Assembly (NCBI RefSeq): GCF_001194135.2
Contig: NC_068984.1
Span: forward strand, 51,795,327 to 51,859,326
Direction of reading: 5' to 3'
DNA from: Octopus bimaculoides
Taxonomy: Eukaryota
DNA: 64,000 bases
Shown: in pieces, positions 51,403 to 61,400 of the stretch
Numbering within the stretch: position 1 is the first letter of the stretch
How the letters are laid out: each line of letters opens with the position of its first letter
Made by a program: the position numbers and the translations under genes
Notes under the pieces: generated by a model
Told to the model about the DNA's origin: nothing
What the model saw: only the letters and a program-made list of their open reading frames with translations
Databases searched by the model: none

Positions 51403-54400
51403 TGCTTTTTTCAGTTTCTGTCTACCAAATCCAATCACAAGACTTTGGTTGGCCAAAAGCTATAGTAGAAAACACTTGCCCAGGTGCCACGCAGTTAGAC
51501 TGAACCTGAAACCATGTGGTTAGGAAGCAATATTTTTACCACACAGCCACACCTGAAAAAATTGCAGTCTGCCCGTGGGACATAATCTCACATCTTTTGT
51601 AAACATGACAAACATCCTACCATTGAACCAAGGCAATCCCTTGAATCTATCCATTTATATTCTATCCATTTATATTCTATCCATTTATATTCTATCCATT
51701 TATATTCTATCCATTTATATTCTATCCATTTATATTCTATCCATTTTAGAAATTTTATCCTTACTCACTAATTTATACTTTAGCTGCTTCAAGGTTCACC
51801 ATTCCAAATAAGAATTATTTCATGTTCCCTCAAAGTTTCTGAATTCTTATGACACATATGTTTATTTGTGAAAATTCTAAAAGGTTGTAAATATTTCTGA
51901 GCCAGAAAAATGTATGTAATAGTTAAAAATGATTATTCAGCATTATTAATATTAATTTCAAATTTTGGCACAAGACCAGCCATTTTGCAGGAGAGTATAA
52001 ATCGATTACATCAACCCCATTGCTCAACTGGTACTTATTTTATCAACCCTGAAAGGAAAGTCAACTTTGCCACAATTTGAACTCAGAACATAAAGATAGA
52101 CAAAATGTCATTAAGTATTTTGCCCAGTGTACTAATGATTCTGGCAGCTTTCCGCCTTTTAGCAGTTACTAATATTGATTTCAAATCTTGGCACAAGGCC
52201 AGTAAGTTCATAGGAGAGGATAAGTCAATTACATTAACCCCAGTGATCAACTGGTACTTATTTTATTGACCTCAAAAGGATGGAGGGCAAAGTTGACTTT
52301 GCCTGAATTTGAATTCAGAATGTCAAGATGGACGAAATGCCATTTAGCCTGGTGTGCTAATAATTCTGACGGCTCATCACCTTTCAGTTATTAATGTTAC
52401 AATACTATTTATTTCAGAAAAAGTTGTATCCTACAAAGGTAATGAAAGTTGTTGACAAATTCCTGGAGAATATAAATACAACAAATTCCTCTGAACAAAT
52501 CAAAATTGAAAAAGAAAATATAGGTAAGAAGGGCATTTTATTTCTACTTTTCCATTTTCTTCAATGTCATTATAGCCATCTTTTACCTTTTATCCTTTAC
52601 TTGTTTCAGTAATTAGACTATGGCCATGCTGGGGCACTGCTTTGAAGAATTTTTTGTTGAATGAATCGATCTCAGTACTTTTTTTTCTAAGTGTGGGACT
52701 TAATCTATCGTTCACTTTTGCTGAACTGCTAAGTTACAGGGATGTAAACACATCTACACTGGTGGTCAAGCAGTGGTAGGGGACAAACACAGACATACAC
52801 ATGCACACACACATATGGAATGTATATACTTGGGGGTACTGAAAAGTTCTTGGCTTTGGATAAAAGAAAATACAGGAGGATCAATTAATTATTTTATTCA
52901 ACACATTCCCCTCTCAGATTCACACACTTATTGCAGCTTCAGTTTTTCTAAACCCTCACACAGCCACATCTACACCTCATAATTTTTACATCATTTTTGC
53001 CATGCTTGAATGTGTTGGATGGGTCTTTTTGAGGCAGTGTTTGTCATAGTTGTGTGACAATGAAAATGCTTGCAACACATTTTAATATGCAGAATTGTTC
53101 ATTATTTGAGTATTTACTCTGTGCTTCATCAATTTTGGTCTATTTTCAAGGAAAAAAAAATTATCCTTAAATGTATGGGTATATGCATAATTAGATAATG
53201 AATGAATATATTGTATGCATGTAACTGCTAGCTCTTGGAGTGTAAGTGTCTCTTTGGATCTCCTTGGAGATTTTTAGTTGCAACAGTAGGTCTTTTTACA
53301 TTTCTGACATCTCAGACACTCTGAGTAGTCTCTCATGACCCTCTCACAATGCAGTAAAACAAAGATGGAGGGAGAGAAGAAGAACTGGTATTTATTTATT
53401 ATTGGTACTTTATTTATTGACACCCCTTCCCAAGGTGGTGGAAAACAAAGCTGTTCACAGGATTTGAACTCAGAATAAATAGAGCCAGAACAAATAAATA
53501 TCACAAGCCATACTATATTGTAACAACTTCAGCAATTCCTTTTATATATGTGTGTGTGGGTACATAGCTTAGGGGTTAGAGTGTTGCATTCAATCACTAG
53601 ATTTTAGTTTTAATTCCTACACCAGGAGGCACATTATGTTCTTGAGCAAAACACATCATCTCACATTGCTCTGCAATCACTTTGACACCTGACATGATGA
53701 AGAGAGTGAGCTAATGTACAGCACAAACATACGATCACTATAAACAAATCATTTGTGCAGGTCGGTCGTTCAGCAAAGCAAAAGCTAATGAGATAAAAAA
53801 TCCAAGGCTATGAAAGATTTCAGAACATTTATAAAGAGAAGGTCTTACAGCTGTTTCTGGGATATTTTATATATCCCTTCATCAGAAATGATGCAAGAAA
53901 ATGGCTAAGCAATAGTTATTATAGAGAAGATATGAAATACAGAGTTAACTTGAGGAAGGAAAACAGAAGTAAGATACGTAAGTATATTGTATCCACAGTT
54001 CCATTATTTGAGCAGAATGGTGTATATATAAGTTTCCTGTACCTTGTGTGTGGGTTCCAGTGTTGCTTATATGTAAATGTTGCTATATATATATAAATAC
54101 AGAAGGATGGATAGCGCTTCAGTCTTGCCCATCAATCCTCTTTTAAGGCATAGTATATCCAGCAATCCTTTTTTAAGACAGTACAGAACTTCAGTGATGG
54201 CATGAAAACTCCTTCAAAAGCACATGTGGATGAAATTCTTCATTGGCATCATACTAACTACGAAGGCTATGCAATATGCTACTTTCTCTTCTTTTTAGTT
54301 CATGATCAAATACATGACATGTTTGCAATTACTGATACTTAACTTTATAATAAAATCTTATTTATCCTTATAGTTTTCCAATTTGATGAATTAAAGAATA

Positions 54401-55381
54401 AAACCATTTCGGTAAATCTTGGTTCTGATGAATCCCTCCAAGTTCATATTGATGAGTCAGTAATTAAGAATATATCTTCAGGTAAAGATTATTTTCTCTT
54501 TATATCCCATATTGACACATCCTTGTCTGTGTAAAGATTTTTTAATGTTAGTTTTTATCTTTTATATTGTAAGTTATTAACCCTTTTGCTACCATATTTC
54601 TGTTAAAATACAGATATATTTACCAAAATTACATAAAAATATCTTGAAATACTAAAGAGTAAATTTATTCAATAAAATCGCCATTTGCTTCAACCACGGC
54701 TTCCAGACGACTTCAAAATATCTTGCAACTCTCCTGGATTGTCTCCTTGTCTTAGTTGGTGAATGCTACCATACTCTTGCCTTCAGTTCATCTTTGGTGT
54801 TACAAGGAGTTTTGTTAGTTTCTCGCTCAGCTGTACCCCACACATAATAATCAAGGGGGTTGCAGTTTGGGGAGTTAGGTGGCCAGATGTTAGGGGTGAT
54901 GTGGTTGCTGAAATTGTCTGACAGCTATGACTGGGTTCTCCTGCTTGTGTAGCATGGTGCAAAGTCCTGTTGCTAACATAGGGTCTTCCAGCAGCCACCC
55001 TCTTGACCCAGCACTACCTCCTCTAGGCTTTATGTAGGCCTCTGTGTTGCATCTGAGGCTGTGTGGGAAGATGAATGTAGGCATAATGTCACCATCACTA
55101 ATGGTCCCTCCAAACACCATGATATTGACTGGATGTTTGATTTTTATCACTCTTGGTACATGACCTCAGATTACACTGTCCTCAGATTGTCACCCAAACT
55201 CTCTGAAATGTTTGTATTGGAGCTTCCAGTGCAACTGCCAAGCAGCACAGCAAGTCATTTCCAAATTTCTGGCTGAGTGAATTGCGTCATGGTGCTGTTT
55301 TTCTCACAGTTGACAAAATAAAAAAAAACATGCCTGACATTAAAGATATACAATGACAATTTACCCATCGCACCCTGTATA

Positions 55382-55422
<41 letters not shown>

Positions 55423-58400
55423 ACACGTACATAGATAGAAATTAAGTGAAGAGTGGAGTTTATTTCATTACATTTATTTCATGAATCAATTATCAAAAAT
55501 ACAGTCTCATCTAGATGGACTTATCCATTGATATCTGCTGCTATATCATGGTGTTTGTGTTTTATTCTTCCTTATTTACTGTAATTATCTCCTATGGTTG
55601 AAGATAAAGAGTAGGGTCTTCTTTGGTGCTGTTCCCAAATGGAAAACTGATATTAAGTCATTCTCCAAAAAAGTGTAATGAAACTAAAATCAAAATTTTT
55701 TTTTCATCAGAACTTGATTTTATTGACAGCTTGATATTCTTTTTGTCAATATCTCAATGTATTAATGTCTAAAATCACTGAGACATCAAAATAGCTGCTA
55801 ATGATGAGGTAGATGTTAGAAAAATTTCATAAGCAAGCCTAATTCATTGTTTCAGTGTACCATTAAAATTAAATCAGTTAAATTTTTATCATTAGAAGTT
55901 CAGCTAAACAGTGAAAGTGGCAGATAATAATGTTTCTTTTTCTTTTTCTTTCTCAGATGACCCCATATTTTACAGTGTTGTCCTCTACAAATCATTAACA
56001 TACATCATACAAATGACTGAAGCTAACCGGTGAGACCACTTGAGTTATTTCTCATTTTATCTCTTAGTTGTCATAAGTTCAAACCTCAGCATGGCTATTG
56101 CATTGTACTCCGAGACAAAAGTATACCACTCTATTTGCCTCATTTTGTCCAGAGCAAATCAACAATGGAATAAATGCACCAGTCATATAGCGACGAACAA
56201 ATTTACAGGAAAAAAAGGGGGGAAGTTTTCACTCAGGTTACAATGGAAAATAGATATAAAACTGTTTAAAAATGAAACATAGTATTTAATAAATATACAG
56301 TAATTTTTTTTATCTTTCTCATATAATTATTAAGACAGGCATCCTCTATGTTACAGAAGTTTTGCATTCATGAAAATCTTGTAATCTGGAATTCTGTAAT
56401 GCAAAATCTAATTCTCTATTGACTTCCAAGTTATATAACACTGAAGACAGTGGGAAAATAGAATTCATACTTACAGAATTCCAAATTATAGCAAGATTTT
56501 ATAGGAATGCAATGCTTCCATGTTGCAGGAGATGCCTTACAATAAATATTGTTAAGATTAAGGAATGCAGAGAGCCAGAGTCAGGTGCCAAAGTTAACTA
56601 AATTGCATTAATTAGTTTTGTCCTCTGTAGTTTCAAGTTCAAATTCTTAGGATTGATTTGACTTTAATTCTGGTAATCTAGAAAAGATCACCTATATCTT
56701 ACGAAATTGCTGACATGCTCTGAAAAGAAACCCTTATATAATGTGGAATACTGATTAGGTAGAGGAAAACTACCAGTGAGCTCTGTCATTTTACTACATT
56801 TGTACTACTTAAAACATGAAATTTTCACTGATCTCACCACTAAAAATATCTTGGGCTTTAGGTCCATAATGCTAGTATAAGAAATAATTGTTGACTGAGA
56901 CAATATAGAAGCAACTGTGAACATTCAATTTAATAGGTCAGTATGAGAATCAGTTCTAGAGTGGACTTAGTCTTTTTAATAAAATAAACAGCTGTAATAT
57001 ATTGTAGTTGATTTAGTTAACTGTAGTAAAGTGGATGCTAACATACTTGATGTAATTTACAAAACATATTAATTAGTTAAAAATGAAATGCATTGGAAAG
57101 TGAGCTTGCTCTATAGTGCTTAAGATCTATGGATGCTTTAAAATGTTATTTCAGTTAATTAAAATTTCTTGTTTTATAACCTACTTTACTATTAAATTTT
57201 CGATGTCAACAAATTTGATTTTGTGTGTTTATTACATGAGTCATAAAGTTGTGATGAATTAAGAACACTGAAATTGATACATGTCAGTATTATGTTAAGA
57301 ACCTAACATCCTGTAGTTGAAAACACCTGGATTAGTGTTTAGTGTTAATATAAATGTACCAAAATTGATTTTTAAAAAAATTATCCAGATGATGGGTTGT
57401 GTCCATAAACTTTGTGGTCCTTTCTAGGTAGAGTTTCATTAGAGAACAGCAAACATTATAAATTGAAGGATTTTAACTGTGTTGTTCATTAACAGAGAGG
57501 ATGTAGTGTTGCAAGATTGTTTCCTTCTAAAACAAAGAGAGTGTATTATTGCAACATTCCTTTTTTATATATGCAGGGTGCTGGTGCCACGTAAAAAGCA
57601 TCCATGCCGGTGCCATATAAAAGCACCCAAGCTGGTGCTACATGAAAGCATTCAGTACACTCTGTAAAGTGGTTGATATTAGGAAGGACATCCAGCTGTA
57701 GAAACCACGACAAAACAGACAGGGAACCTAGGCAGCTCCTGTCAAACTGTCCAAACCATGCTAGCATGGAAAATGGACGTTAAATGAGATGGTGATGATG
57801 GTGATGATGATGATGATGCAGCAGCAGCAGGGAGGGTATGGAGTTGCAAAACTGTGTTCTTGATGTATGCAGGGAAAGTGCAATGCTGTAAGCCTTTTTT
57901 TATGCAGGAACTGTTATAGGGCTTTCAAAAATAGAAATAATACATTTCTAAATATCTCAGAGAGATTTATGCAGTAGTGATGCGATAAAGTAGTTATGTG
58001 CTGTCAACTTAATGTGATAGTCCTATGAAGGGAATAATACTACTGCTATTTAGCCCTAGGAAGCAGCACCGCTTCCTGTCGGCCTTGACACATTTCCAGT
58101 GTTTTTATGTTTACAAGGGGGAGACAAGCACCTCCACTTAGCTAAGCCTGCATCCAGAGACATGTTTCTGAATCTTTGCTCATCATCAGTCTGGAGTAGC
58201 AATGGCCTGTCAAGCTCTTGTAAACATATAATACTTCTAGTGAAACACATTCACTGATTTCAAAAGTAGAAATAATACATTTCTAAATCTCCCAGAGAGA
58301 TTTATGCAGTAGTGATGCGATAAAGTAGTTGTATTCTGTTGACTTAATGTGACAGTGAATGTGTTTCACTAGAATTATTATATGTTTACGAGAGCTTGAC

Positions 58401-61400
58401 AGGCATCTCCAACGAGCAGGCCATTGCTACTCCAGACTGATGACGAGCAAAGATTCNNNNNNNNNNTTGCTACTCCAGACTGATGACGAGCAAAGATTCA
58501 GAAACATGTCTCTGGATGCAGGCTTAGCTAAGTGGAGGTGCTTGTCTCCCCCTTGTAAACATAAGGACACTGGAAATGTGTCAAGGCTGACAAGAAGTGG
58601 TGCTGCTTCCTAGGGCTAAATAGCAGTAGTATTATTCCCTTCATGGGACTGTCACATTAAGTTGACAGCATACAACTATGTTATAGGGCTGTTTTCTTGA
58701 TATGTGCAAGGAGGGTATAGTGTTGCAAAACTCTATATATGTGGATAGAGTGTCGTGCTATAAGATTGTATGTGTCATTAGAAATAATTGCAGTTTAATC
58801 ATTCATGTATAGAAGAAAGTATATAGACAACATAACCAATCCTTGAGGCATACCAAAGTATATGTCACAGGAAGCCATGATAGCGGATGTTGTGAAGGAG
58901 CAGTCTGATAGGAAACTTGCCAGCCAATAAAATAGGGATGGAGCCCCAAAGTGCACAACTTAGTTAAGAGATTCCCATACCAGATATGAAGACCTTGCTG
59001 ATGTCGAGGGAAAGAACATTGTTTTCCTGCATGATATACTTGTGGTAAGAGATCACAAAAATACCACGTAGGAGAGAAAGTTCCCAGAAGGCCAGGTATT
59101 ATGTGAAATGTACTGATTATGGGAAGGAACCACCTTAGAATAGCAAACTGATTACATATTTTATATAACTGTCTAGATTTAGTGGCTTACAACATTTCTG
59201 TTTGAATCTTACAAAAACAGTCTCTGGATAAGAACAGACTGTGATAAGAAGGTACCTTCTTAAGGTAGAGATGAGAATAGAAAATCACATTTCTTTCCAT
59301 TCCAGTTTTGTAGTATGAATCCTATGAATAAACTAAATATGTTTCTATTTTAGGACAAATGAAAACACAAATCACAAAGATCTTCTTTCAGATATTCTAA
59401 GTTTCACAATTCACAAAGCAAATTCAAAAAATCTCATAAAAAACATAACTTATCGTCTGAACCATAAGGTAAGTTTATCATTTAATCCATTAGCATTCAG
59501 ATTATCCTATCTAATGTAGTGCTTTTTCATTCACATTGTTTTTAATTAATCATGCTTCGAAATTTTGATGATGTGACTATACTTTTAGAGTGACATTGAA
59601 GGGTATGTGTGATAGGCTTTGGGCTGGATATGGTTTAAATGCTAAAAGGTTCAGTGCTTATATAAGATGGAATGTATCAAAAAGTGTTTAGCCAATCCAA
59701 TGTTACCTCCAGTGGTCAGTTTGTGATGACTCACCATCTTTCCTATTTGTTCATTTGTTCAGGACAGTTTTTCACTTGTATTCTAGTTTATATTTTGATG
59801 TTATCTACCTGAATTTCTTTTTACCTTTTAATCCCTTGTGTTAATTTTTAATATGGTTTCTTAGTTTAAAATACTGGTTCTGTTCAAAGTATCTTAGTTT
59901 TCATTATTAAATTACTTTCAATTTTCTTTATGGCCATATATACAAAGGAAATTAAAACAATGATAATATTATTGTATTTACAGACTAAGATACAATGCAA
60001 ACTCTGAACAATCAGAATAAGTGAAAAATTGAAAAAGTAATATAAAAATTTAAAATATAGGTGCAGGCATCTCTTTCTCCAGAAACAGAGGCATAGAGTG
60101 AAGGCCTAGCAACTAATTTTTGTAGAAAAACTCGTATGCTGCTGAAGTTGTCTAAGGATGGCTTGATGTATCCTACAACACAAACTGGAAATAAAAATTG
60201 AGAAAGAATATAATCAACAAAAATGTATATTTTTTATTAAAATGTTCAAACTTCTTTCATAGGGCTGTGTTCAAAGACCTCAGCTGCAGATTTCCCATTC
60301 TGTAACCCTGCCATATTAGACAGCTGTGAATTATAGTTTGAAATTAGAAGTGATAGTTGTCTTAAAGAGATATATTGTTTGCTCTGCTTTAGCTTGAGTT
60401 GGTTGTGTTCAATCCTTTATGTTGTCAATAGTTTAACTAAATGACACAAGTAAACACATTTGTAGTATGTTTACCTCTGGTGTGAGGTAGAAAGATAGGA
60501 TAAGTGATTTATAGAAAGACTGTTGATTACTAGTAACTACAATGGACATTTTGGTAAACAAAAAAGATAGGATAAGTGATTTATAGAAGAACTTGATTAT
60601 TAATAACTACAATAGACATTGTGGTAAGCAGTAATCAGTAACTTCTTTCTGAATGAATGACTCATCTTCCCTCTTAATCTACAGAATATCTAGTTGTAAC
60701 CCAATCCTAACAACTAATGTTGTTTAACACTTTAGCATTCAGATTATTCTGTCAAATGTAATGCTTCTTTATTCAAATTGGTTTGAATTAATCATGCATT
60801 ATCTCATAACTTTGAGATTTTGATGATGTGATTGTTTATTTATAGAAAAACACTGTAATGTAGGTGTGAGAGGTCAGGTCTGGCAAGTTTGAACAGAAAA
60901 CAAATAGAATAATTTGGCTTGATATGGTGAGTTTGAATGCTAACGGGTTGACCCTTTGGCATTCAGATTATACTGTCAAACATAATGCTTATTTATTCAA
61001 ATTAGTTTGAATTAATCATACATTATCTCTCTGCTTCTAGGTTGCAATAGTGCGACATGTTTTTAGAATGACATTATATGGTCAGTGTGAAAGGCTGGAT
61101 CTGAAACATGTAGAATATTTGGGGCAGATATGGCCAGTTTAAATGCTAAGGGGATAATGTCTTTCTTTTACTCTTTTACTTGTTTCAGTCATTTGACTGT
61201 GGCCATGCTGTAGCACCGCCTTTAGTCGAGCAAATCAATCCCAGGACTTATTCTTTGTAAGCCTAGTACTTATTCTATTGGTCTCTTTTGCCGAACCACT
61301 AAGTTACAGGGACGTAAACACACCAGCATCGGTTGTTGAGCGATGTTGGTGGGGACACCCAGTGTAATACTTTAAACTCATTTGGTTATTTAGATGATTA

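Larger units (their letters stand above)
57925..58676. mobile_element. Penelope-like pseudo-LTR remnant in partial-tandem plus inverted arrangement
   Basis: About 57925-58020 repeats directly at about 58259-58355; 58356-58676 is the inverted copy of about 57986-58254; a dispersed copy lies at 19131-19375; each copy carries a hammerhead core. Confidence 0.65.
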
